DNA of 64,000 nt from an uncultured Acidobacteriota bacterium. GTDB lineage: Bacteria; Acidobacteriota; Vicinamibacteria; Marinacidobacterales; SMYC01. Under the pieces are notes generated by a model. The model was not told the origin of the DNA, did no database searches, and worked only from the letters and a program-made list of their open reading frames with translations. Positions 52,725 to 62,170 of the stretch are shown here, piece after piece; positions within the stretch are counted from its first letter, which is position 1; every line of letters begins with the position of its first letter. The DNA is taken from positions 42,850 through 106,849 of the forward strand of contig CAWFHP010000005.1 in NCBI GenBank assembly GCA_963815675.1, read 5' to 3'. A program made the position numbers and the translations under genes.

Positions 52725-53639
52725 TCAGCGGGCGGGGGCGGTGAGCGAACGGACGAGGAGCGTGAGAAGCTCGTTCCGCGGCGAGGGAATACCGAGGGCC
52801 CGTGCGCGCTCGACGAGGGCGCCGTTCATGGAGTCGATCTCGGTGGGCCGGCCGCGCTCCACATCCTGGAGCATGCTCGACTTGTTCTCCCGCGTGGCCT
52901 CGGCCACCCTACGAATCCACGCGAGGATGGGCCCCTCTTCGAGCGCGATCCCCGAGGCCCGGGCGATCGCGACCGACTCCTCGACGATGGCCCGGATGGC
53001 GGAATCGATCGCCACGTTCTCCAGGAGCTCTCCCGTCTTTTTTCCGAGAAGGGCGGTGAGCGGGTTCACCGCGGCGTTCAGCACGACCTTCTTCCAGATG
53101 GCCTCGCGCAGCTCCGCGCCCGAGACCGCCCGCGCCCGGATGCCGCTTTCATCGAGGCTCCGGGCAATCGTTTCCGAGTCGTTCGCGGTCGTTCCCGAGA
53201 ATGGTCCGATCCAGGTCTCGTCCTCACCCGCGTGGAACACCTTCCCCGGCTCGACGAAGATCGCGCCTTGATTGATGACAGCTCCGAGAACTCGCGAGCA
53301 TCGTTCAGCCAACGTCTCCTCGTTCCCGAGACCGTTCTGGAGCGAAACGAAGAGAGATCGTGACCAGAACGGCTCGAGAGCCTCCCGGGCGGTGAGCGTC
53401 TGGTAGGACTTGACGGTGACGAGGACGACGTCGGGATGCGGTCCACGGAGCTCGGCCACGGACGCCGCCGCTTCGATGTTCCGAGCGTGAATCTCCGTTC
53501 GGCCGGTCACGAGTAGCCCTCGCTCCCGAATCGCCCGGACGTGCTCGTCCCTGGCGACGAGGCTCACGGAGTGGTGCTGGGCGAGGCGCGCCGCGACGAG
53601 ACTTCCGACGGCGCCGGCGCCGAAAACGAGGAAGCGCAT
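52725..53639 (-). CDS. panE: 2-dehydropantoate 2-reductase (ketopantoate reductase)
   Basis: MRFLVFGAGAVGS Rossmann start; ApbA/PanE family C-terminal domain. ATG at 53639; longer upstream ORF rejected. Confidence 0.75.
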   Translation of the reverse strand: MRFLVFGAGAVGSLVAARLAQHHSVSLVARDEHVRAIRERGLLVTGRTEIHARNIEAAASVAELRGPHPDVVLVTVKSYQTLTAREALEPFWSRSLFVSLQNGLGNEETLAERCSRVLGAVINQGAIFVEPGKVFHAGEDETWIGPFSGTTANDSETIARSLDESGIRARAVSGAELREAIWKKVVLNAAVNPLTALLGKKTGELLENVAIDSAIRAIVEESVAIARASGIALEEGPILAWIRRVAEATRENKSSMLQDVERGRPTEIDSMNGALVERARALGIPSPRNELLTLLVRSLTAPAR

Positions 53640-53975
53640 GTTTAGCCGACCTCTTGTGCAATAGTGCCGTGGGGCCTCACCCCACGGCTTCATGTGTCGT
53701 CGGCCCATCGATCCGTGCGCGTTCTCTCTTCGTTCGCGCGCTGTCCTCCGCTCGCAAGCTCGTTGCGGACGGCGGCAGGCCGTGCTCGCTCGTTCTTCAG
53801 TGCGGCAGGGCCCCACCCCCCGCGGCTCGTCGCTCCGCGCTTCGCGCGGCGCTCCAGCTGAAGGCTCCTCCCGCAGGGCGCCGGATCACTCTTCAGCACC
53901 CTGCTGTCGATGTGATACAAGCATGAGACGCGCTCGACCGCAAGCACGGCGAGCTTCTACGAAGAGGAAACCACG

Positions 53976-55620
53976 ATGCGAAGCGATGCTATCAAGAAAG
54001 GAATCTCGAGGGCTCCGGCGCGGGCCATGTTCAAGGCGATGGGCCTCACCGATGCCGATCTCGAGCGGCCCCTGGTGGGGGTCGCGAACACCTGGACCGA
54101 GCTCACCCCCTGTAACGTTCACCTCCGCGACCTCGCGGTGAAGGTCAAAGAGGGAATCCGGAACGCCGGCGGGACGCCCCTCGAGTTCAACACCATCACC
54201 ATCTCCGACGGAATCGCCATGGGCTCCGAGGGGATGAAAGCCTCGCTCGTCTCCCGGGAGATCGTCGCCGATTCCATCGAGCTCGTCGTGCTCGGGCATC
54301 TGCTCGACGCCGTCGTCGCGATTCTCGGGGTGCGACAAGACCATTCCCGGGACGGTCATGGCACTGGCGCGTCTCGACCTGCCTTCCTTGATGATGTACG
54401 GAGGGTCCATTCTGCCAGGGCACTTCCAGGGGAAGGACGTCACGATCCAGGACGTCTTCGAGGCGGTGGGTGCCTGCGCCGCGGGCATCATGAGCGAGAA
54501 AGACCTCCGATCGCTCGAGAACGTCGCCTGTCCCGGCGCCGGAGCTTGCGGCGGGCAGTTCACCGCCAACACAATGTCCACGGCGACGACTCTACTCGGG
54601 ATCTCGCCGATGGGCGTCAACGACATCCCCGCCACCGACCCGAGGAAGAGCGAGGCCGCCTATCGCACCGGAGCGATGGTCATGGATCTTTGGCAACGAG
54701 GAACGACGGCCCGGAAGATCCTCACCCGGACCGCCCTGGAGAACGCGATCGCGTCGGTCGCGGCGACGGCGGGCTCGACGAACGCCGTCCTCCACCTCCT
54801 CGCCATTGCCCGCGAGGCCGAGGTGGACCTCTCGATCGACGACTTCGATCGGATCTCGGCGAGGACCCCCGTTCTCGCCGACTTGAAGCCCGGTGGTCGC
54901 TTCACCGCTCCCGACGTGGATCGCGCCGGCGGCCTTCGGCTTCTGGTGAAGAGGCTGCTGGACGGAGGATATCTGACCGACGCTCCCACGGTGAGCGGAA
55001 AGACGCTTTTCGAGGAAGCCGCGAGCGCGACCGAGACCGAGGGTCAGGAAGTCATCCGAAAGCTCGACTCTCCGATCAAGCCGCGGGGAGGCATCGCGAT
55101 CCTGCGCGGTAGCCTCGCGCCCGACGGGGCGGTGGTGAAGCTCGCGGGACACGACCGCACGCATCATCGAGGACCGGCGCGGGTTTTCGATGGGGAAGAG
55201 GAAGCGTTCGCCGCCGTCCAGGAGGGGAAGGTCCAGGCGGGAGACGTCGTCATCATTCGCTATGAGGGCCCGAAGGGCGGGCCCGGCATGCGGGAGATGC
55301 TCGGGGTCACGAGCGCCATCATCGGCCGTGGTCTGGGAGACTCGGTGGTTCTCGTTACCGACGGTCGATTCAGCGGGGCGACGCACGGCTTCATGGTCGG
55401 ACACGTCGCGCCCGAGGCGGCCGAGGGAGGACCCATCGGTCTCGTGCGGGATGGAGACACCATTGTCCTCGACGTCGAGTCCCGGAAGATGGACGTCGAG
55501 GCCGATCTGGAATCGCGGCGCGCCTCTTGGGCGCCGCGAGAGTCCCGATACAAACGGGGCGTCCTCGCGAAGTACGCGCGACTCGTTGCGTCCGCCTCGG
55601 AAGGAGCGGTGACAGGTTAG
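53976..55620 (+). pseudogene. ilvD: Dihydroxy-acid dehydratase, one +1 frameshift caused by an extra G in a GGGG run at 54328-54331
   Basis: N-terminal part (GVANTWTELTPCNVHL..) in frame 0 to ..[29 protein letters not shown].. continues in frame 1 (ORF 54358..55620). Deleting one g from gggg restores ILG-CDK. Confidence 0.8.
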
Positions 55621-55748
55621 CGGCTAGCCGCTAATTTCCCTTCACGCAGACGGGGCACTTGAGCTGGATCCCGTCGTAGGAAGGCGGAGGCAGCGGGTGC
55701 TCGGGGTTGTCGAGCTGACCGCGGTCGCCCCCCAAGCGATGATAGAGC

Positions 55749-56459
55749 TCACACTCGCGCTCGAAGCGTGCCCGTTTGCCGGGGATAACCTCGAAATGAA
55801 AGAAGGCGTAGTCGCCGACGCACTCGGACAGGGACCTTCGCAGAATCCTCGTCGGCCCGTTCGACGCGGGCATCGAGCGTGCGGTCATAGGCGAGCACGA
55901 ATACCCCCGGCACGCGCGGAACGCGAGCGAAGAGGACCGAAGGCGACAAACGATAAGGCGGTCCTTCGGGCTCTTCGAAGAGGTTCACCGGTTCGAGCAC
56001 GCTCGTGGCCGCGCTCCCGAACTGTCGCTGGGCGCGCTCCATCGCCTCGCGAATTTCCCGTGACGTGAGCGCCCGGGTCTTTTCGGGATCCTGGGCATGG
56101 TCCAGCCCGTCCTGCCGGCGTAAGAGCCAGTAGATCGCCTCGGCGGAAGCGGAGGGGACACGGATGAATCGAATTCCGTAGCCGTCCGGTTGGCTCGTCG
56201 AGGGGCGCTGGGGTCCGCGGTTCTCCCACGCGACCACCGCCTCCACTTCGACGGTGCGCGCCAGCTCCGGGATCTCGATGGCGAGCGAGAGCTGTGCTTG
56301 CGGCAGGAGAGTCACCGGGGTGGCGACGTAGGCCCCGCCCTGGGAAAGGGTCATGAGCCGACCGTCGCCGCGGTTCAACGCGGCACGCAGACGGACGTGA
56401 TAGCCTTCGGTAAAATCGACACGTCGAGGGGAGGCCTGCATCGGGACAAACTCGACCAT
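55749..56459 (-). CDS. PilZ-domain protein (putative c-di-GMP receptor); C-terminal region uncertain, possibly frameshifted into ORF 55631..55888
   Basis: Arg motif (HVRLR / LNRGDGR) and TLSQGG consistent with PilZ RxxxR...D/NxSxxG. The C-terminal 45 aa are Arg-rich and low quality. Confidence 0.45.
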   Translation of the reverse strand: MVEFVPMQASPRRVDFTEGYHVRLRAALNRGDGRLMTLSQGGAYVATPVTLLPQAQLSLAIEIPELARTVEVEAVVAWENRGPQRPSTSQPDGYGIRFIRVPSASAEAIYWLLRRQDGLDHAQDPEKTRALTSREIREAMERAQRQFGSAATSVLEPVNLFEEPEGPPYRLSPSVLFARVPRVPGVFVLAYDRTLDARVERADEDSAKVPVRVRRRLRLLSFRGYPRQTGTLRARV

Positions 56460-56541
56460 AGAGGTACCACTTCATCCTCTCCGGCGCAAGACGCTCATTG
56501 TACGTCGGGTGTGCCGGCCACGTATGAGGAGGATCACAAAA

Positions 56542-57022
56542 ATGCCGCTCCGGTTGTTTTCCGCCGCCTTCGAGCCGATGGGCAGGATTCCGCGCCGCTA
56601 TACCTGTGAAGGTGAGGACGTCTCTCCTCCGCTCGCGTGGAGCGATTCCCCGCCCGCGCGGACGAGGAGCTTCGCGCTCATCGTGGACGACCCCGATGCC
56701 CCGGACCCTGAAGCGCCCAAGCTCACCTGGACCCATTGGGTGCTCTACAACTTGCCTCCGGAGTGCCGTGGGCTCGAAGAGGCGGTTCCGCCCGGGGACC
56801 TCCCCACCGGTACCGCGCAGGGTCGAAACGACTGGAAGCGCACCGGGTACCGTGGGCCTTGCCCTCCCGTCGGCAGACACCGGTATTTCCACCGGCTCTA
56901 TGCGTTGGATTCGAATCCTGGAAGAGAACGCTTCGCTCACGCGATCCGAGCTTCTGAGGGTGATGGAGGGTCACATCCTCGCGGGCGCGGAGCTCGTAGG
57001 CACCTATCAGAAAGGCGATTGA
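56542..57022 (+). pseudogene. YbhB/YbcL-family PEBP (Raf-kinase-inhibitor-like) protein, one +1 frameshift near 56905
   Basis: PLAWSDSP..FALIVDDPDAPD..WTHWVLYNLP..GPCPPVGRHRYFHRLYALD in frame 1. C-terminal ELLRVMEGHILAGAELVGTYQKGD is in ORF 56606..57022. Confidence 0.65.
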
Positions 57023-57104
57023 CCGCCGGAGCCTCGAGACTGCGAACCGCTTCACACATGGAGGGAGGCACCGTGGCTACTATGGGTGAGAGTTGGAGGC
57101 ACCC

Positions 57105-57737
57105 ATGCAACGGTCAAACAAGCTGGCGGTCGTCTTTGGGCTTTCCTGGCTCGCGGTCGCGGTCGTCGTCGCGGCCGAGCCCCACGACACGACTTACCGG
57201 GTGAAGGCGGAAGAGAGCCATTTCAACGTCGCCGTCGGTCGCGCGGGACTCTTCAAAGTGTTCGGGCACGATCACCTCATCGTGGTGAAGCGATTCACCG
57301 GGGAAGTCGCCTGGGACGCCGCGGCCCCGGAATCGTCCCGTTTCCTCCTGAACGTCGATGCGGCGTCTCTGACGGTCGCCGACGACGAGGTGAGCGAGGA
57401 GGACCGCGCCCAGATTCAGGGCGAGATGGAATCCAAGGCCCTCGCTCTCCCGGAGAACCCGCAGATCCGATTCGAGTCCACGAAGGTCGAAGTGGAGCGC
57501 GTTGACGGTCCGAGCTTCGAACTGAAGGTGACCGGCACACTGTCGCTGCGAGGCGTGACGAAGCCCATGACGATCCCTCTGACGCTCACGCCCTCTGAAG
57601 ACCGTCTCACCGCCCGGGGTAAGGTGGATCTCGAGAGCGACAAGTGGGGCGTCCCACAGATCTCGGCCGTTGGGGGATCGGTTCGGACGAAGGGAGAGCT
57701 CGGCCTCTCGTTCGAGATCGTGGCCGTCCGGGAATGA
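57105..57737 (+). CDS. YceI-family periplasmic polyisoprenoid-binding protein
   Basis: GGAGG 6 nt before ATG; signal peptide; 190 aa with YceI-like pattern (ESHFNVAV...LTVTGTLSLRGVTKP). Confidence 0.65.
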   Translation: MQRSNKLAVVFGLSWLAVAVVVAAEPHDTTYRVKAEESHFNVAVGRAGLFKVFGHDHLIVVKRFTGEVAWDAAAPESSRFLLNVDAASLTVADDEVSEEDRAQIQGEMESKALALPENPQIRFESTKVEVERVDGPSFELKVTGTLSLRGVTKPMTIPLTLTPSEDRLTARGKVDLESDKWGVPQISAVGGSVRTKGELGLSFEIVAVRE

Positions 57738-57860
57738 GCTTTCGTGATCGCGCCGATGCCGGCGCCTTCCAGTGCGGCATCGTCGAGTCGAGAGTCATCC
57801 CGCTCCCGGGTCCCGGGGTACAATTTGGATCGACGATTCCGAAACACGGAGGCAAACGCG

Positions 57861-58748
57861 ATGTCGGTCCCGATCCCGATCCCAATCCCGAGAGCTCCCT
57901 CGGAAGACGTCGAGCGGCTCGCCGCGCTCGTCGGCGGATCGCGGCGTCTCGTCGTTCTCACCGGGGCGGGAGTGAGCACCGAATCCGGCATCCCCGACTA
58001 CCGTGACCGTCATGGAGAGTGGAAGCGCAGCCCGCCGATGCGCTTTCAGGAGTTCATCGGGAGCGAGAGGGCCCGGAAGCGCTATTGGGCCCGCGCCATG
58101 GCGGGATGGGCGCTCGTGCGCGACGCGCGACCCAACTCCGCCCATCGAGCGCTCGCCGATCTCGAGCGCGCCGGACGCGTCCATCACCTCATTACTCAGA
58201 ACGTCGACCGCCTGCATCAAAGGGCTGGAGCTTCGAGAGTCGTCGATCTCCACGGGCGGATCGATCGGGTGCGCTGTCTTTCCTGCGGCGACGTCCTGTC
58301 TCGAGAGGAGCACCAGAAGCGCCTCCGGGAGACCAACTCCGGGTTTCGCGCGAACGCCGTCGGCGAGGCCCCCGACGGCGATGCCGATCTCGAAGGTGCC
58401 GACTACGACTCGTTTCGCGTTCCCGTCTGTCTCGTATGCTCGGGGGTGTTGAAGCCCGACGTCGTGTTTTTCGGCGAATCGGTCCCGAAAGAGCGCGTCT
58501 CCGATGCGATGGGGCGTCTCGACGAGGCGGATTTCCTGCTCGTCGCGGGCTCTTCGCTCATGATCTGGTCGGGATATCGCTTCGTGAAACGTGCCCGCGA
58601 GCGGGGGATTCCGGTGGCCGCGGTGAACCTCGGCGCCACTCGCGCCGACGGCGAGATCGCCCTGAAGGTCAGGGCGGAATGCGGCGAGGTTCTCGGCGCG
58701 CTCGTCGCTCGGCTCGAATCCTGTTTCAGAGCGCGAACCGGTAGCTGA
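57861..58748 (+). CDS. cobB: NAD-dependent protein deacylase (sirtuin, Sir2/CobB family)
   Basis: GAGVSTESGIPDYR, HGR, Zn-binding CLSCG...CLVCSG. GGAGG 8 nt before ATG at 57861. Confidence 0.8.
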   Translation: MSVPIPIPIPRAPSEDVERLAALVGGSRRLVVLTGAGVSTESGIPDYRDRHGEWKRSPPMRFQEFIGSERARKRYWARAMAGWALVRDARPNSAHRALADLERAGRVHHLITQNVDRLHQRAGASRVVDLHGRIDRVRCLSCGDVLSREEHQKRLRETNSGFRANAVGEAPDGDADLEGADYDSFRVPVCLVCSGVLKPDVVFFGESVPKERVSDAMGRLDEADFLLVAGSSLMIWSGYRFVKRARERGIPVAAVNLGATRADGEIALKVRAECGEVLGALVARLESCFRARTGS

Positions 58749-58874
58749 ACTTCACGAGGAAGATGTTGTAGGGAGCGATGCGATAGAGCTCCTCTCCTAA
58801 AGGCAACATGGACGGACTTCCTTTGCCTATCTCTTTGATTTGACACTGTCTAAAATTAGATATAGTATAACACG

Positions 58875-59513
58875 GTGAAACAGCAGCAAGACGTCGCAGC
58901 GCTTCGGAAGCACGGGATCGCACCTTCCGCGCATCGGCTGGCGGTCGCGAGCTATGTGCTCCATACCCAGGATCACCCGTCGGCTGACGCCGTCCTGTCA
59001 CGCGTGCGGGAACGATTCCCGATGGTGTCGCGGGGGACGATTTACAACACCTTGAATCTGTTCGTCGAGAAAGGACTGCTGCGACCGTTCGTTCTCACCG
59101 AGGGGCGAGTCGTATTCGATCCGAATGTCGAGGCGCATCATCATTTCATCGACGAAGACACCGGAGCGATTACCGACATTCCCTGGGAAGCGATCGAGGT
59201 CTCGAACGTCGATCGGCTGAAGGGGCTCGACGTGACCGAGTACCAAGTGGTTTGCGGGGGCGGAAGCGCGCCCGATGAACATTCGATTGGATCAGAAACC
59301 GAAAAACGTCATTCATGCAAAGGAGATCGAAATGTCCGTAAAATATCCGACCAAGAACGACCTCCCGACCGGTACTCGCGAAAAGATGGCCAATCTGTTG
59401 AACGCGAACCTCGCCGACGGTATTCATCTCGCCCTCCAGGCGAAGCAGGCTCACTGGAACGTGAAAGGACCCTCGTTCATCGCGCTCCACGAGCTCTTCG
59501 ACAAGGTCCGTGA
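58875..59513 (+). CDS. Fur-family transcriptional regulator (PerR/Fur-like); annotated 3' end is probably an artefact. It overruns into dps, and the likely true end is near 59285, a GGGGG run
   Basis: VSRGTIYNTLNLFVEKGLL DNA-binding helix; HHHFIDEDTGAITDI metal site. After the run ggggg at 59256-59260 the frame reads through 180 nt of dps. Adding one g would give ..VVCGGRKRAR*. Confidence 0.6.
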   Translation: MKQQQDVAALRKHGIAPSAHRLAVASYVLHTQDHPSADAVLSRVRERFPMVSRGTIYNTLNLFVEKGLLRPFVLTEGRVVFDPNVEAHHHFIDEDTGAITDIPWEAIEVSNVDRLKGLDVTEYQVVCGGGSAPDEHSIGSETEKRHSCKGDRNVRKISDQERPPDRYSRKDGQSVEREPRRRYSSRPPGEAGSLERERTLVHRAPRALRQGP

Positions 59514-59823
59514 CGAGGTCGACGAGTGGGCCGACCTCATCGCCGAGCGCGTCGTCATGCTCGGAGGCCTCGCCGACGGCACCCTCGAAGCGGTCTCCAA
59601 GAAGACACGTCTTCCCGCCTACAGCACCAAGATCGCGGATGGAAGAGCGCACGTCGAGGCGCTGTCCGATTCGCTCGCGGCGTTCGGCAAGACGATTCGG
59701 GAGGCGATCGACGTCGCCGCTGAAGCGGGAGATGCCGACACCACCAATCTTTTCACCGAAGTCTCCCGAGGAGTCGACAAGATGCTCTGGTTCGTCGAGG
59801 CGCATCTGCACGCCGAGCGATAA
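59332..59823 (+). CDS. dps: DNA starvation/stationary-phase protection protein Dps (ferritin-like)
   Basis: AGGAG 7 nt before ATG; HLALQAKQAHWNVKGPSFIALHELFDK ferroxidase-site signature. Confidence 0.85.
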   Translation: MSVKYPTKNDLPTGTREKMANLLNANLADGIHLALQAKQAHWNVKGPSFIALHELFDKVRDEVDEWADLIAERVVMLGGLADGTLEAVSKKTRLPAYSTKIADGRAHVEALSDSLAAFGKTIREAIDVAAEAGDADTTNLFTEVSRGVDKMLWFVEAHLHAER

Positions 59824-59877
59824 TCCGGCGAGATTTCCCGTCCTGCCCGGTGCGGCAACGGTGTCGAGTCCGGGTCG

Positions 59878-61132
59878 TTACCGCGCCGCGGGTGTGCGGG
59901 CTGTCACGATGTCGTAGGCCAGGACGTGGGATAGACCCTCGGCCGCGTCTGCCAGGACGAGGAAGAAAGTCACCGACGTCCCTGAAGACAGGTCGGTATC
60001 CGCCAAGGCGATATCGTCGAGCGGAACGGGCTCGAGCCGAAGAATGGGGGCCGGCGTAGCGCTCCACCCGCCCGGGGTCGCCCAAAGCAGCCGGCCGGAC
60101 ACGAGCCGCCCGAAATACCAGTTTGCAAGACGGCCCGTCGGTCGGGCGAACGCGTCGACGGTGACACGCAGTGGGACCTTCTGTATCGACGATACCGTTG
60201 CAGTGACTTCCATTGACGAAGAGACGAACCGACACCGGTGGCCCGAACGAGTCGACCTCGATCGCTCCCGATAAGACGAGCTCTTCCAGGGCTTCCCGAA
60301 AGGACTGGCTTTCGGGAAGAGGAGCCCGCAGAGCATCGTGGAAGAACAGGTACATCAATCGCTGGTATCGTGACTGGGCAACGGCGCTTGCCCCTCCGCA
60401 GGCCAGCTTGCAGAGCGCGTCGGTCGGATTTTCGGGATCGCAGTGGGTCCCACCGAGAATACGCGCGTCGTCGGCGGGAAACCGGAGACGGTCCTGCAGT
60501 CCGAGGATGCTTGCGAAGGCGTTGCACGCCGAGGGCTCGGACCGGAGGCTCGCGAAATCCATGGGCGGAAGTTCGGAGGCGCGCGCCGTTGTACGAGACC
60601 AGGGAACACCGTCCAGGAGGAGCAGTGCCTCGGCGGGAGTTGCGGATTTCGAGAGGCGAAGCGCCGCTTCGAACGACACTGCTCCGCCCGCGCTATGGCC
60701 GGCGAGCCCGATACGTACGGGATCGACGAGCCCGCTCAACGCGTTCCCCGGCGTCGCGCTGCGCGCGATGAGCCAGCGGACGTGGTCTCCGGTGTTCTCG
60801 ATGTTCCTCACGCGCCCGCGCCGACTCCCGAGACCGCCCACCAGGTTCGGGGTCAAAACGATGATGCCGCGCTCCGCCATATGGAGCGCGTTCTCCGCGT
60901 GGAACCGGCGGTCGCGGGCGAACCCGTGGGTCAGAACCACGGCCGGCCAGGGCGGCGGGGACAAGCTCGCTCGAGCAACGGGAACAAAGAGACTGTAAGG
61001 TACCGTGTCTCCCGAAGCCATCCTTCGGCGCGCTTCCTCGACCCGGACGTCATAAAGAAGGGGCTGGGCTCCAGCGAGGTGACCAGCGCCGAGGATGGAG
61101 ATCGTGAGGCCGAATCGCAGCCGGCGTCGCAT
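59878..61132 (-). pseudogene. Secreted alpha/beta hydrolase (GHSAGG nucleophile elbow) with C-terminal beta-rich domain, one frameshift near 60200-60300
   Basis: Signal peptide MRRRLRFGLTISILGAGHLAGAQP and VVLTHGF..GLAGHSAGG in ORF from 61132. C-terminal domain (..VTATVSSIQKVPLRVTVDAF..LVSGRLLWATPGGW..) in ORF 59878..60336 in another frame. Confidence 0.5.
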
Positions 61133-61289
61133 GGACGCATTATGGATAGGGCGCCGGGGCTCCGCCACCCCGCGCGCTTGAAGCCGTTTGAATCGGACTT
61201 CCGATTCGAGTTAAGCTCGCGCCGGTTGGGAACGGGGGGCTCCAACCGCCTTCCTGCTCGGCCGTTTATTCATTCACGGAGTCATTCCA

Positions 61290-61498
61290 TGTTCGGTTCA
61301 TGCCGTTTTTGCCATCGTCCCACGGATAAGTGGCAGGACTTTTGTAACGAATGCGCGACCTCTTCGGCCGCCGGTTGGACGCCGCTGCGGGTCATCGCCG
61401 GCGGTAAGAGCGAGTGGGAGCGACCGGGAAGAGAGCCTACGCGGAGACAGCGCCGGTGGCTCCGTCCCGTGCCCGCACCGACGCCGCCTTCCAGCTAA
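61290..61498 (+). CDS. Small (69 aa) putative zinc-ribbon protein
   Basis: MFGSCRFCHRPTDKWQDFCNECAT (CxxC-N9-CxxC). GGAG 7 nt upstream; TAA stop; locally lower GC. The remainder is Arg/Pro-rich, so weak. Confidence 0.3.
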
Positions 61499-61541
61499 GG
61501 GAAACGGGAGCACGTCGGGGCAACGGCGCTGACGGCCCTCG

Positions 61542-62153
61542 TCAGAAGGTGTCGAGCCAGCTCTTGAGGCCGGAGAGGATCATCTCGATGGCGAACGACC
61601 CCGTGAACAGCGCCGTCGCGCGTCCCGCCACTTCGGTATAGCGCTGGATGAGACGCTCGTCCCGTTTGCGTACCGCGTCGTGAAGCATCTTCACGACCAG
61701 GATCGCCGCGAGAGCGGAGGCGAGAGCGATGAAGATCGCGGCGATAGCGAGCGAAGGAGGCAGCCTGGCCCCCGCGATCACGCTGGCGCTGATGGTACCC
61801 GGTCCCACGATGAACGGCATCGCGATGGAGCCCGACAGCTGATCGGTATCCGGCCGGAGACCCTCGACGGGCGGACCGCTTCCCGCGATCAGGCGGATTC
61901 CAATAATCAGGAAGGTGACCCCTCCGAAGATCTGGAACGAAGAGAAACGGACCTGGAGGACGTTCTGGAAGATCGGGTCGCCCGCGACCGCGAAGGTCGC
62001 GAACACGAGGAAGCTGATGACGCCGGCGCGCGCCAGCTGTTGTGCGAGGGTCGCGGTGTCGAGGTTCTTCACCAGATCGCGGAGGTAGACACTCATGGTG
62101 AAAGGATTCAGCAGCACGAACAACAGCAGACACGACCGGGTGAAATCATCCAA
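61542..62153 (-). CDS. marC: MarC-family (UPF0056) integral membrane protein
   Basis: 203 aa with 6 TM helices and typical MarC N-terminus MDDFTRSCLLLFVLLNPF. Confidence 0.75.
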   Translation of the reverse strand: MDDFTRSCLLLFVLLNPFTMSVYLRDLVKNLDTATLAQQLARAGVISFLVFATFAVAGDPIFQNVLQVRFSSFQIFGGVTFLIIGIRLIAGSGPPVEGLRPDTDQLSGSIAMPFIVGPGTISASVIAGARLPPSLAIAAIFIALASALAAILVVKMLHDAVRKRDERLIQRYTEVAGRATALFTGSFAIEMILSGLKSWLDTF

Positions 62154-62170
62154 CTCCAGTTACCTCCTCA

